Source: a virus
Taxonomy: Duplodnaviria > Caudoviricetes
Direction: 5' to 3' (one strand)
DNA: 41,882 nucleotides
IMG/VR virus record: IMGVR_UViG_3300021411_000014
Span: 1-41,882 of that record
In this document: positions 27,355 to 36,503 of the stretch, piece by piece
Position numbering within the stretch: position 1 is the first letter of the stretch
Layout of the letters: every line of letters starts with the position of its first letter
Position numbers and translations under genes: made by a program
Notes under the pieces: generated by a model
What the model saw: the letters and a program-made list of their open reading frames with translations, nothing else
Told to the model about the DNA's origin: nothing
Database searches by the model: none

Positions 27355-28424
27355 CCGCCGCCTACCGGATCAAGATCTGCGATGCCCTCACCGACGCCCC
27401 GCGCGACGAGTTCGCGCTGACAAACGTGTCCTGCGACGTGCGCATCGGCGCCGCCGGCGCCCTGACCGCCAACATCCCCATCGCCCGCGGCGACTACGCC
27501 GCCGGCGCCCGCATCGCCGCCGTCAAGTCCTCCGGCGGCTCGGCCGTCTACGTCTACCGCAACGGCGCCCCCTGGTGGCCCGGCCTGCTGTGGACCAAGA
27601 ACAAGACCGTCGACGACCAGGGCAAGCCGGCCGTCCAGATCGGCGCCGGGACCTTCGAGAGCTACCTGGCCCGCGTCCAGCTCGGCGCCGACCTGCCCGC
27701 GATGACCGGCGCCGACCAGATGGACATCGCCCGGTCCCTCCTGGCCGACATGCAGGCCGACCCCCACTCCGACCTGGGGATCACCGCCGACACCACGATG
27801 TCCGCGATCCTGCGCGACCGCGTGATGTACCTGGCGGCGGCCAGGCCGACCTACCTGCAGATGCTGTCCGACCTCGCCACCCAAGACGGCGGCTTCGAAT
27901 ACCTCATCCAGGTGCTCGCCGACCCCACCACCGGCGCCCGCACCCGCAACCTGCGCCTGGGCTATCCGAGGATCACCACCCCGGTGGTGCACCGCATCTC
28001 CGCCCCCGGCGCGATCCTCAGCTACTCCTTCCCGGAGGACGGGTCACGGGGTGCCACCTACCTGATGGCCACCGGATCCGGCGTCCAGTCCACCATCCAC
28101 ACCGACACCGCGGCGCTCGCGGCCGGCTACCCGCGCCTGGACATGACGACGTCCTACTCCAACATCACCGATCCCGCCGTCCTGGAGACCCACGCCGCCG
28201 CCGACCTCGTCCAGGCCCGCGTCCCGGTCTCCGTGCCGTCGATCGTGATCCGGCCCGACGCCGCCCCGGACATCACCCCGTCCGCCCTCGGGGACTACGT
28301 GCACGTCGCCATCACCGACGAGCTCTTTCCCGGCGGATTCGCCGGGGTCTTCCGCCTGGTGGGCATGACCGTCAACCCGCCGGAGCGCGGTAAGGCCGAG
28401 ACGGCCGCCCTGATCCTGAACTGA
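27351..28424 (+). CDS. Baseplate hub / Tal-like minor tail protein
   Basis: VYRNG...W.G..W, DQMDIAR.L, GFEY, GYPRLD, LGD.V motifs. Confidence 0.78.
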   Translation: MTAAYRIKICDALTDAPRDEFALTNVSCDVRIGAAGALTANIPIARGDYAAGARIAAVKSSGGSAVYVYRNGAPWWPGLLWTKNKTVDDQGKPAVQIGAGTFESYLARVQLGADLPAMTGADQMDIARSLLADMQADPHSDLGITADTTMSAILRDRVMYLAAARPTYLQMLSDLATQDGGFEYLIQVLADPTTGARTRNLRLGYPRITTPVVHRISAPGAILSYSFPEDGSRGATYLMATGSGVQSTIHTDTAALAAGYPRLDMTTSYSNITDPAVLETHAAADLVQARVPVSVPSIVIRPDAAPDITPSALGDYVHVAITDELFPGGFAGVFRLVGMTVNPPERGKAETAALILN

Positions 28425-28434
28425 GAGGCACCCG

Positions 28435-29025
28435 GTGACGGCGAACCTGCCCAGAGATATCCTCGACCGCATCACCGGCATGGCTGGCGCGGTCAAGGAC
28501 CTGCAGGGCCACCTGTCCGCGACCATCGCCGTCCTCGGGACGCCCACGGCCGGACAAGTGGCCACCGCGACCTCGGCGACCTCGGCGGCCTGGCAGACGC
28601 CGTCGACCGCGCCCGCCGCCCTTCTCGCCGGCCTCGCCCTGTCGGCGTCCAAGCCCGCGACCGGCACCTTGACGCTGTCGACCTCAGACCAGGACGTCGC
28701 CGGCTGCAGCCTTACCTTCACGCTCGCCGGCGCCCACGGCTTCGCGCACGTCACCGGCGCGTTCGACTTCCAGCCCACATCTTCCTCGGCCGGTGTGAAC
28801 GCCGTCGGCAAGCTCCTGGCCGACGCCTCGACGCAGACCGAGCAGGCGATCTGGACCGACAACGGCGCGAGCTCCCGGGAGACCGTCTCCCAGTCCTGGG
28901 TGGTTCCGCTGGGTGCCGGCTCCCACACGCTGAAGCTCCGCGCCTCCAAGACCAGCGCACTAGGCACACACGTCGCGAACACGTCCCACACCAATATGAC
29001 CGTGCTGATCTTCGATCTGCCGTAG
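28435..29025 (+). CDS. Minor tail protein
   Basis: N-terminal coiled coil; C-terminal beta sandwich ending L.AGSHTLKLRA. Confidence 0.72.
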   Translation: MTANLPRDILDRITGMAGAVKDLQGHLSATIAVLGTPTAGQVATATSATSAAWQTPSTAPAALLAGLALSASKPATGTLTLSTSDQDVAGCSLTFTLAGAHGFAHVTGAFDFQPTSSSAGVNAVGKLLADASTQTEQAIWTDNGASSRETVSQSWVVPLGAGSHTLKLRASKTSALGTHVANTSHTNMTVLIFDLP

Positions 29026-29035
29026 GAGGACGACC

Positions 29036-29995
29036 GTGACGATCCTCGGTCCCGACGTCTCGTCCTTCCAGGACGGCCTGGACCTCGGCCAGGCGCCCTA
29101 CCCGTTCGCGATCATGAAGATCAGCGAGGGTACCTACTACACCGACAAGGACTACCCCGCCTGGCGCGCGCAGGCCGAGGCGAGCGGGAAGATCCCGATC
29201 GGCTACCACTTCATCAGCGGCGAGGACCCGGCGGCGCAGGCCCGGCACCTGGCCGCCTGCATCGGCGACAAGCGGCTCCCGCTGATGCTCGACTTCGAGC
29301 CCACGAAGACCTACCGGCCGGACCTGGCACAGCTGATCGCCGTCGCCGACGAGGTCAACGCCGCCGGCATGCACGTCCGCCTGGCCTACGTCCCCCGCTG
29401 GTACTGGCAGCAGATCGGATCCCCGACCCTGACCAGCCTCGGCGCCCGCGGCATCGCCCTGGTGGCGTCGGCCTACCCCGGCGGCACAGGCTACCCCGGC
29501 GACGATGCCGCCGGCTGGCAGCCCTACGGCGGGATGACCCCGCTGCTGTATCAGTACACCGACCACGCGCCGGTCGGCGGCAAGGCCGTCGACATGAACG
29601 CGTACAAGGGCACCATCGCCCAGCTCGCCGAGGGCCTCGACCTCACCGCCCACACCCCAACGACCGGAGGCATCCCCATGGGCAGCATCCCCCCGAGCAT
29701 CGCCGCCAAGTGGCCGGACATCGCCGGCGAGCTCCCGCCGAACGCCCCGTTCGACGACTCCACCGCGATCATCTGGGCCGACGGCGGAGCCCGCGCGGCC
29801 GCGCTCTACGCCAGGCAGGCCCGGGACGCGGTCATCGCCCTGGCCGCCAGGTACGCCGCCCCGCCGCCGGTCGACGTCGACGCCCTCGCCAAGGCCCTCG
29901 CCCCGCTCCTGGCCGCCGGCGCGTCCGCCGACCAGGTCGCCCACGCCGTCGTCGTCGAGCTCGGCGCGGTCCTCAAGGCCGGCGCACCACAGTGA
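29036..29995 (+). CDS. Endolysin, GH25 muramidase with C-terminal helical domain
   Basis: GPDVSSFQ, KISEG, GYHF, LDFE (DxE), LYQYT and VDMN motifs. Confidence 0.92.
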   Translation: MTILGPDVSSFQDGLDLGQAPYPFAIMKISEGTYYTDKDYPAWRAQAEASGKIPIGYHFISGEDPAAQARHLAACIGDKRLPLMLDFEPTKTYRPDLAQLIAVADEVNAAGMHVRLAYVPRWYWQQIGSPTLTSLGARGIALVASAYPGGTGYPGDDAAGWQPYGGMTPLLYQYTDHAPVGGKAVDMNAYKGTIAQLAEGLDLTAHTPTTGGIPMGSIPPSIAAKWPDIAGELPPNAPFDDSTAIIWADGGARAAALYARQARDAVIALAARYAAPPPVDVDALAKALAPLLAAGASADQVAHAVVVELGAVLKAGAPQ

Positions 29996-30225
29996 CCGCC
30001 CTGACCCCGCACGCCCGCGAGCAACTGGTCCGCGTGGCCCGGATCGTCATCACGGGATCCCTCGCGCAGCCCGCCATCGCCTCGCTGGTCTCCTCGACCC
30101 TGGCGCGGTATCCGCTTGTCGTCGCGGTCATCGCCGCCGTCGAGGTGATCTACCACGAGCTGACCAAGACCGTCGACGTCGTCGTGCCCGGCTCCAAGCC
30201 GCCGCCCGGTCCACCGTCGACTTGA
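29992..30225 (+). CDS. Putative holin
   Basis: Small hydrophobic protein coupled (GTGA) to the endolysin. Confidence 0.6.
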   Translation: MTALTPHAREQLVRVARIVITGSLAQPAIASLVSSTLARYPLVVAVIAAVEVIYHELTKTVDVVVPGSKPPPGPPST

Positions 30226-30467
30226 TGGACCAGGCACTGTCCCAGTTCGGCATCGCCGGCGCGATCCTCGCGGTCGCCGCCGCCGCGGTCAAAGTGCTAT
30301 TCGCCCGGGAGGTCAAAGCCCACGAGCAGGAGACCGCCCGGGCCGACCGCCTCGAGGCCGAACTGCTGAAGCTCAACGAGACCGTCAGGACTCAGTATCT
30401 GACCACGCTCGGCGACGCCACGCGAGCCGTGGGCGACGCCCTGGCCGTCGTCCGGAAGGCCCCATGA
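30225..30467 (+). CDS. Membrane protein with coiled coil (lysis cassette)
   Basis: N-terminal TM segment QFGIAGAILAVAAAAVKVLF, then coiled coil. Confidence 0.72.
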   Translation: MDQALSQFGIAGAILAVAAAAVKVLFAREVKAHEQETARADRLEAELLKLNETVRTQYLTTLGDATRAVGDALAVVRKAP

Positions 30468-30658
30468 CAACCATGATCACTTTCCGAGGCAAGGCGCGAC
30501 CCCGCAAGCTCCCCACCATTCCGGTGCTGGTCGAGTCCGCCCGCCTGCGCAACCGGCTCGCGGCCTTCGCCGAGGAGGTGCGGACCGAGGTGGACCTGCT
30601 GCGGACCGAGTTGGACCAGCGGACGAGCGACCAGGAGGAGGACGGCCATGGGCACTGA
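30464..30658 (+). CDS. Hypothetical protein (lysis cassette)
   Basis: ATGA coupling. Confidence 0.55.
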   Translation: MTTMITFRGKARPRKLPTIPVLVESARLRNRLAAFAEEVRTEVDLLRTELDQRTSDQEEDGHGH

Positions 30659-31040
30659 CGACCGGCTCGACAGGCTGACGGCGACCGCCGCCGGCCTGCA
30701 GTCCTCCGTGGACACCCTCGCCAAGCGCCTGCGCGCCAACCGCCGCGGCGTGGCCCTCGCGATCGCCGTCGTGATCGTCCTCGGCGCGGTCGTCATCGAC
30801 CAGGTCGTCATCAACCGGCGCGTGCGGGAGTCCCTGGCCCAGAACTACGTCACCGCACAGCAGCAGGTCGCCACCCGCACCAAGGTCCTGTGCCCGCTGT
30901 ACACCGCGCTCCTGGCCGCGACCGCGACAGCACCGGCCGACCCGATGACCCCGGCCCAGAAAGCCCAGCACGACGCCGCCGTGAAAATCGTGCGCGACGG
31001 CTATATCGCCCTGGGATGCCTGCCGCCTCTGTCAGGATAG
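30648..31040 (+). CDS. Single-pass membrane protein with two extracellular Cys
   Basis: RBS AGGAGG; TM segment VALAIAVVIVLGAVVI; LCP...LGC. Confidence 0.75.
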   Translation: MGTDDRLDRLTATAAGLQSSVDTLAKRLRANRRGVALAIAVVIVLGAVVIDQVVINRRVRESLAQNYVTAQQQVATRTKVLCPLYTALLAATATAPADPMTPAQKAQHDAAVKIVRDGYIALGCLPPLSG

Positions 31041-31059
31041 ATACGCCGTTACGAAGCAC

Positions 31060-31098
31060 CGGCCCCGCACTCCATCCAGGAGTGCGGGGCCGCTTTCG
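31060..31098 (+). terminator. Late-operon terminator
   Basis: 14-bp stem CGGCCCCGCACTCC/GGAGTGCGGGGCCG followed by CTTTCG. Confidence 0.82.
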
Positions 31099-31196
31099 TC
31101 GTCCCCGGGAGTGGCGAATACCGCGCCACAGCCCCCGCCGCCCGCGGCGGGCAGTAGCGTGCGGGCATCATCGGGCACTGATTCCCTGGGGGGACC

Positions 31197-31769
31197 ATGC
31201 GCATCACTGTCATCCTGGCCGCCGTCGCGCTCGCGGCCGCCGGCTGCTCCTCATCCACCTCGAAGCCGCCGGCACCCGCCGCCGCCGCGGCGGCCGGCTC
31301 GGCCCCGGCCGCGGCCGCCAGCTCGCCGTCCGCGCCGGCGTCGACGGCCGCCGCGGTGAAGCTGAAGGTCGGCGCGACCGCGACGCTCACCACACCGTCC
31401 GGACCGCTGGAGGTCACGATCGTCAAGCTCGTCGACCCGGCGAAGCCCAAGGAGTCCTACATCTACCCGACGAAGGGCGAACACTGGATCGGAGTGCAGC
31501 TCAAGCTCGTCAACAAGGGGACCACGGCGTTCGTCGACTCACCGTTGCTCGGCCTGGACGCCGCCGACGCCCAAGGGCAGCCCCAGAACTCGTTCCCGGA
31601 TCAGGAGATCGCGGCCGGACCGATGATCGACCCCCTGGCCGGTGTCAGAGTGGAGCCCGGGGACACCACGCTCGGCTACCTCGTGTACAGCGTGCCGGAC
31701 GGCACGAAGCTGGCACGGTTCACGTTCGCGCCGCCCGGCAGCTCGGCCGCGCAGTGGACGCTGAGCTAG
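31197..31769 (+). CDS. Lipoprotein, DUF4352-like
   Basis: Signal peptide with lipobox LAAAGC; Ala/Pro linker; V.L.L.N.G...PG....G.LVY.VP. Confidence 0.82.
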   Translation: MRITVILAAVALAAAGCSSSTSKPPAPAAAAAAGSAPAAAASSPSAPASTAAAVKLKVGATATLTTPSGPLEVTIVKLVDPAKPKESYIYPTKGEHWIGVQLKLVNKGTTAFVDSPLLGLDAADAQGQPQNSFPDQEIAAGPMIDPLAGVRVEPGDTTLGYLVYSVPDGTKLARFTFAPPGSSAAQWTLS

Positions 31770-31779
31770 ACCACGGAAT

Positions 31780-31820
31780 GGAACGGCTCCGCATCTCTCG
31801 GGGGGATGCGGAGCCGTTCC
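31780..31820. terminator. Terminator between convergent genes
   Basis: 16-bp stem GGAACGGCTCCGCATC/GATGCGGAGCCGTTCC. Confidence 0.8.
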
Positions 31821-31826
31821 GGCGTT

Positions 31827-32078
31827 TCAGCGGACGCGCCGCTGGATGCTGACGGGATCGCCAGGCAGATAGATGCCATCGTGGTGCCAGCCCCTCGGCA
31901 CCACGATCAGGATGACGCTCGACACCGCATCGCTGTACGTCTTGGTTTCGACGACTCGGCGGTAAGTTCCGCCGTCCTCTTTCGGAATGATGCGATCGCC
32001 CTTCCGGACCTGATCGGCGCGCACCGTCAGCTCGACGCGCCGCCGGCAAAACGCCCGCCACGGGGCCCTTCGCCTCAT
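31827..32078 (-). CDS. Hypothetical protein
   Basis: Coupled to the upstream minus-strand ORF; VRADQVRKGDRI beta motif. Confidence 0.6.
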   Translation of the reverse strand: MRRRAPWRAFCRRRVELTVRADQVRKGDRIIPKEDGGTYRRVVETKTYSDAVSSVILIVVPRGWHHDGIYLPGDPVSIQRRVR

Positions 32079-32485
32079 TTCTTCGGCGGCCGTGTCTGCT
32101 GCTGCGCGACGATCCAGTCCCCGGCCTGCTCGCGGCTCATCGGGGTGAGCGTGAACTTCCTCTTGCCGCCGTGGTCGTCGACGAACCAGGTGAGCTTGGA
32201 CTCGAGGCTTCCGACGACGCCGGGCAGTCCGGCGATGAACTCGGCTTCATCCCTGCCGACGAGCGCGCCAGGCAGTTCGCCGTTGCACTGACGTAGCCAG
32301 TGGCGTGTCTGGGCCGCCTGGATCCGCTGGAACTTCCTGGCCACCTCGCACTGCGCGGGGCACGGCTCCATCGTCTCCTTCCCGTCCGCCGTGACCAGGA
32401 TCGTTCCCCAGTCCTTGCACTCGGCGCAGTCGTATTCCAGGAGACTGGCGCGCTCGGTACGGTCTGTTGCGTCGGGTTGTCTCAC
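32075..32485 (-). CDS. Hypothetical protein with zinc ribbon
   Basis: CAECKD.G...CPAQC; RBS GGAGAG on the minus strand. Confidence 0.68.
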   Translation of the reverse strand: MRQPDATDRTERASLLEYDCAECKDWGTILVTADGKETMEPCPAQCEVARKFQRIQAAQTRHWLRQCNGELPGALVGRDEAEFIAGLPGVVGSLESKLTWFVDDHGGKRKFTLTPMSREQAGDWIVAQQQTRPPKK

Positions 32486-32565
32486 TGGATGTCTCTCCTA
32501 TGCCTCATGGCGCGCTGGTGCCAGGATGTTCACTAGTCGTTCACCACTACACGCACATGAAGTAC

Positions 32566-32579
32566 CTGTAGTACTACAG
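32566..32579. promoter_or_regulatory. Putative GntR operator
   Basis: Perfect 14-bp palindrome CTGTAGTACTACAG in the AT-rich divergent gap before the GntR gene. Confidence 0.6.
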
Positions 32580-32645
32580 TTATGCATACACCTGCCCTCA
32601 GGGGCCTGGCAAGGGTGGCGCGTGACAGCAACCGAAAAGGGGATC

Positions 32646-33362
32646 ATGGAATATCGGGAGATCGTCAACCACTACAAGCACGGCATCCTGAACGGGAGCC
32701 CTGCCGTCGGCGAGCGTCTGCCGTCCGCCAGGGAGATCAAGGATCTGCATGACACGTCGCTCACCACGGCGACAAGGGCTCTGCGAACGCTGTGCATGGA
32801 GGGCTTCGCCATAGCCCGCGGCACGACGGGAACCTTCGCCGCGGTCCCGGGCGGCGGCATCGTCCTACGGGTCCCGATCGTCGGCACGCGCCTGTCCGGC
32901 GTCCACACTCCTGGCGGACAGGTCGACGTCCTGTCCGCGGCGCTGGTCCAGGCCCCGCCGCACGCCGCCTTGGCGATGGAGCTGGAGGCCGGCGGACTGG
33001 CGATCCGGCGGGAGTCCACCATCACACGCGACGGCCAGGTGCTACGCCTGTCCGTCGGCTGGCTGCCCGGAGCGTTCGCCGAGGAACTGCCCGAGCTGCT
33101 GTCGCTCGCGCACATATGGGCAGGCGACCGGATCCGCGAGAAGACCGGCCGCAAGGCCACCGTCGAAGTGGACCGGTACTACGCCCGGACTGCTGAGGAA
33201 CACGAGGCCGGCGTCATGGGTATCCCCGTCGGCTCGGCGCTGCTGGTCCGCGAGACCCGCTGGCACGACGACGACGGTGTGATCGAGTTCGGTGAGGCCG
33301 TGTATCCGCCCGGGGTATCAGTGGGCTGTGAGTATCTCGAGGGTGACCCGTCGCGGACGTAG
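32646..33362 (+). CDS. GntR/HutC-family regulator with UTRA domain (KorSA/KorA-like)
   Basis: YREI...I..G...GERLPS.REI......TATRAL..L..EG.......GTF; alternative start GTG 32622. Confidence 0.88.
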   Translation: MEYREIVNHYKHGILNGSPAVGERLPSAREIKDLHDTSLTTATRALRTLCMEGFAIARGTTGTFAAVPGGGIVLRVPIVGTRLSGVHTPGGQVDVLSAALVQAPPHAALAMELEAGGLAIRRESTITRDGQVLRLSVGWLPGAFAEELPELLSLAHIWAGDRIREKTGRKATVEVDRYYARTAEEHEAGVMGIPVGSALLVRETRWHDDDGVIEFGEAVYPPGVSVGCEYLEGDPSRT

Positions 33363-33368
33363 CCGATC

Positions 33369-33397
33369 CTGCCGGCCGCCCTCGCTGCGGCCGGCAG
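33369..33397 (+). terminator. Stem-loop after the GntR gene
   Basis: 11-bp stem CTGCCGGCCGC/GCGGCCGGCAG. Confidence 0.5.
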
Positions 33398-33631
33398 CGG
33401 CAAGGTATGCCGCCGCGATGCTGAAGATTACTTCGGCCGTCACCGGTTTGTCGCCACCTGGCCATGCCTTCGTTGCCGTAGCGGTCGGACCCTCTTACCC
33501 TCAAGGTATGCACCCGCATTCGCCACAGGCCACTTGCGCGTCGAGCCAGGTCAGAGCCCAGATTTATCGGCAGGGTAGCGAATTGCCGGATGCCGTAGCT
33601 GTCATAGGCTGATTACCATAGCTTCTCCCGT

Positions 33632-34540
33632 GTGACGGAACAGCCGAACGACCCGCGATTACGACTACCGCAGCTGGTGCCCTCCTGGGAGCTCGCGATG
33701 CGGTCGGCGCGGAAGTCCGAGAACACGCGGAAGCTCTACATCCGGGGGACCGCCGCCTACTTCGAGTGGTGCGACAGCAAGAACGTGACCCCCACCTTCG
33801 ACAAGCAGACGGTCCAGGCCTTCATCGCCGAGTCGATGGAGCTGCTCGACCGCTCCGCCTCGACGATGGTGAGCTACCTCAAGGGACTCAAGGCCTTCGC
33901 GAAGTGGTGCCTCGCCGAGAACGAGGTGGAAAGCGAAGGCGTCACCGCCATCGAGCAGCCACAGATCAACTCGAAGATCCGCCCCCTGATCCCGGAGAAC
34001 TATCACGAGGCGATACTCGCGACCTGCGACCTTCGGCAGTTCGGGGGGAAGCGGGATGTGGCGATCCTGAAGCTCCTGCGCGACGCCGGCCCCCGGGCGT
34101 CCGAGATCATCGGGCTCAACCTCGAGGACATCGTCATCTCGAAGGGCTTCGCGGTCGTCCGCGGCAAGGGCGGGAAGGACCGCTTCATCGCCTTCGGCAC
34201 CGACACAACCCTCGCCCTGGACCGATACCTCAGGGCCCGCCGCAACCACAAGCACGCCGGCGGCAAAGCTTTATGGCTGGGCGTGAAGTCGCCGACGCTC
34301 GGCTACTCCGGACTGGACCACATGATCAAACGGCGGGCTGTCGCAGCTGGTGTTCCCAAAGCCCACGCCCACATGTGGCGCCGGCTGTGGGCGCACAACT
34401 GGCTCGACAAGGGCGGCTCGACCGACGGCCTCAAGGCCCTGGCCGGCTGGACCACCGACGCGATGGTCCACCACTACACCGAGGAGTTCCAGATGCAGCG
34501 GGCACTGAAGGAGGCCCGTCGTCTGTTCGACGATGAGTGA
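33632..34540 (+). CDS. int: Tyrosine recombinase/integrase
   Basis: Catalytic R (GPRASE), K (GKGGK), HxxR (HMWRR), W (LAGW), Y (VHHY). Confidence 0.93.
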   Translation: MTEQPNDPRLRLPQLVPSWELAMRSARKSENTRKLYIRGTAAYFEWCDSKNVTPTFDKQTVQAFIAESMELLDRSASTMVSYLKGLKAFAKWCLAENEVESEGVTAIEQPQINSKIRPLIPENYHEAILATCDLRQFGGKRDVAILKLLRDAGPRASEIIGLNLEDIVISKGFAVVRGKGGKDRFIAFGTDTTLALDRYLRARRNHKHAGGKALWLGVKSPTLGYSGLDHMIKRRAVAAGVPKAHAHMWRRLWAHNWLDKGGSTDGLKALAGWTTDAMVHHYTEEFQMQRALKEARRLFDDE

Positions 34541-34594
34541 ATCGTGAATCGCGACACCCAAGGTCTTGGGGTGCCGGTTCACAGGCCGAGACGA

Positions 34595-34921
34595 TCAGGG
34601 CACCTCGGAGTGCTCGGGATGCTCGGCGCGCTGCGTCGGCAGCGAGACCACCGTCGCCAGGCTGCCGTCCGGGTTGTCGCCCTCATCCGACCGGGCCAGC
34701 GCCAGCTCCTCCGCGAGCCTGAGCGCCGCATCGATCACGCTCTCGGCCCGGTTCTGCGTCCGGATGACGACGATGACCATCGCCCCATACGTACAGACCT
34801 GGATCGTGTTCTCGGCCTGGGCCGAATCGACAAAGATCATGGCCAAGCCACCGATGATCGTCACCACCATGAGAGTGATGGCGCCCCGGGAGATATGGAC
34901 GTACCGCGTCCACTTTTTCAT
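34595..34921 (-). CDS. Small membrane protein
   Basis: RBS GGAAGGGG on the minus strand; two hydrophobic segments. Confidence 0.62.
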   Translation of the reverse strand: MKKWTRYVHISRGAITLMVVTIIGGLAMIFVDSAQAENTIQVCTYGAMVIVVIRTQNRAESVIDAALRLAEELALARSDEGDNPDGSLATVVSLPTQRAEHPEHSEVP

Positions 34922-35075
34922 TTCCCCTTCCTGACTCCCCGAGCCTTGGCGAAGCGCGAATCGTGGCGAATACGTGCTTTAAGATCAACACACTAGGTGC
35001 GCGCCAGGGGCGTGTGAAGAGGTACTAGCCGCCGCTACGACAAATGGTGTATAGCGGCATCGAGCAATGATCAGC

Positions 35076-35537
35076 TCATGCCGAGTCCCGCCGAGTGCGA
35101 ATGGCGATCTCCCGCTCTGTATCGCGGAGGCGCCGTTCCTCTTCCTCCGCCTTCCGCCGCTTCCAATGTTCGATCATGACCGCTTTCGCCTCATCGGTCA
35201 GGTCCTTTGCCGACATGATCCTCACGATTCCGGGATCGGGCGGCTCGGCCTTCGCCCCCACGAGTCGCAGCTCCTTGCCCTGCATCGCGGCCGCGAAGAG
35301 CGGATAGCTCGCCGCTTCCAGCACTTCCGATGCCGGAACCTGAAGAGCTGCAGCAACGACTAGGCAGATCTCAGCCTCGGCGCGCGCAATGGCCTTCGTC
35401 CAGTTGTAGACGGTGCCGTAGATCAGAGCACCGTCGGATGCCTCGACGAGATCGGCAGCCGTCCAGTTGCGCTCTCGCAACCTCGCATTGATCCACTCTG
35501 ACCAACGTTTCTTGACGCTGGCGTTACTCCGTGCCAT
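35076..35537 (-). CDS. Immunity repressor, XRE-type HTH
   Basis: WTAADLVEAS......TVYNW...I...VAAAL.VP..EVLEAA; divergent from a Cro-like gene and next to the integrase. Confidence 0.82.
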   Translation of the reverse strand: MARSNASVKKRWSEWINARLRERNWTAADLVEASDGALIYGTVYNWTKAIARAEAEICLVVAAALQVPASEVLEAASYPLFAAAMQGKELRLVGAKAEPPDPGIVRIMSAKDLTDEAKAVMIEHWKRRKAEEEERRLRDTEREIAIRTRRDSA

Positions 35538-35581
35538 CTACCCGCCTCGATCCCCTGTGGACAGCAGGAACCATACCTCTT

Positions 35582-35768
35582 CACTCACATGCATGCGAGT
35601 GAGTGCCCCCGGATTGGATCATTGCCGCGAGCTGGTGCGCCCTGCCGTTGACGGTAAGCACGCAGGAACAGTCGCGCCAGAGTGAGTTTCGCTGTTACGA
35701 ATCTGTGACCAAACTGCCTTGCATGTGAGTGAGCTCACGACCTAGAGTCACATGCATGGAAGTGACTC
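35582..35768. promoter_or_regulatory. Lysis-lysogeny switch: three operator-like sites and a rightward promoter
   Basis: CACTCACATGCATGCGAGTG (35582-35601), TGCATGTGAGTG (35720-35731), GAGTCACATGCATGGAAGTGACTC (35745-35768); TTGCAT-N18-TAGAGT. Confidence 0.7.
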
Positions 35769-36166
35769 AGATCAAGGTGTCGAATCACCTGGATCACAAG
35801 GATCAGCTGCCGGCATCGCCCTGCTACCTCCTTCGTCCCGAGCTCGACAAGGGGCTCCGGTGGGTTGCAAGCGCGAAGCCCGAATGGCAGCTCCAAGACG
35901 GACGCCCGGCGATCGAAGCCATCGCTGACGCAGCAGGCCTGACGGGCACACACATGTTCAGGCTACGGAAGGCCCCTTCGATGCCGCCCGGCAACAAGGT
36001 CATCGCCAGCCTGGTGAAGATCGGATCCAAGGCGCACCGAGTTCCGCGCGAGACCGCACATGCGCGGCTCTTCTGGTTCTTCGACCCGGACAACGCCAAC
36101 GACGTGGCACGCCTGACCGCATACCTCCAGCCCGCCAGCGACTACGAGATGGCTAGGGCGGCATGA
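35756..36166 (+). CDS. Cro-like HTH protein
   Basis: IEAIADAAGLTGTHMFRL....PGNKVIASL; first gene divergent from the repressor. Confidence 0.7.
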   Translation: MEVTQIKVSNHLDHKDQLPASPCYLLRPELDKGLRWVASAKPEWQLQDGRPAIEAIADAAGLTGTHMFRLRKAPSMPPGNKVIASLVKIGSKAHRVPRETAHARLFWFFDPDNANDVARLTAYLQPASDYEMARAA

Positions 36167-36423
36167 GCCGCCCGACGTCGGAGGAGATGGCTCGTCGCGG
36201 TCGGCTCGGTGCTCTCACGCAGTGGGCCGCCGAGTCGGACTGGAGCGCTCGCACTGCCCCGGCGCGCGAGACCTTCGAGTCCCGCTTCGACAAGGCCGTC
36301 ATCGAGAAGCACGGCGAGCTCCTGCCGGCAGAGCACGCGAAGTACCGCGAGATCGAGCGACAGCTGTTCTACGCCGCGCTGTCCCGGAAGGGCGTGAAGG
36401 CGCGCCAGACAAAGGCTGCCTGA
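36163..36423 (+). CDS. Conserved small protein of actinobacterial mobile elements
   Basis: R.GA...WA...D..ARTAPAR..F..RF motif. Confidence 0.75.
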   Translation: MSRPTSEEMARRGRLGALTQWAAESDWSARTAPARETFESRFDKAVIEKHGELLPAEHAKYREIERQLFYAALSRKGVKARQTKAA

Positions 36424-36503
36424 GAAATGAACGAGGCCGACCCGTAGCAGCGGATCGACCTCAAGTGCGACCACCCATCTACACGAGAGACAGGTGACCA
36501 GCG

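Noticed and set aside
33490-33530. tRNA 3'-end attP core (…CGCATTCGCCA)
   Set aside because: No T-arm GGTTCGA motif or cloverleaf; no tRNA gene was recognised anywhere in the window
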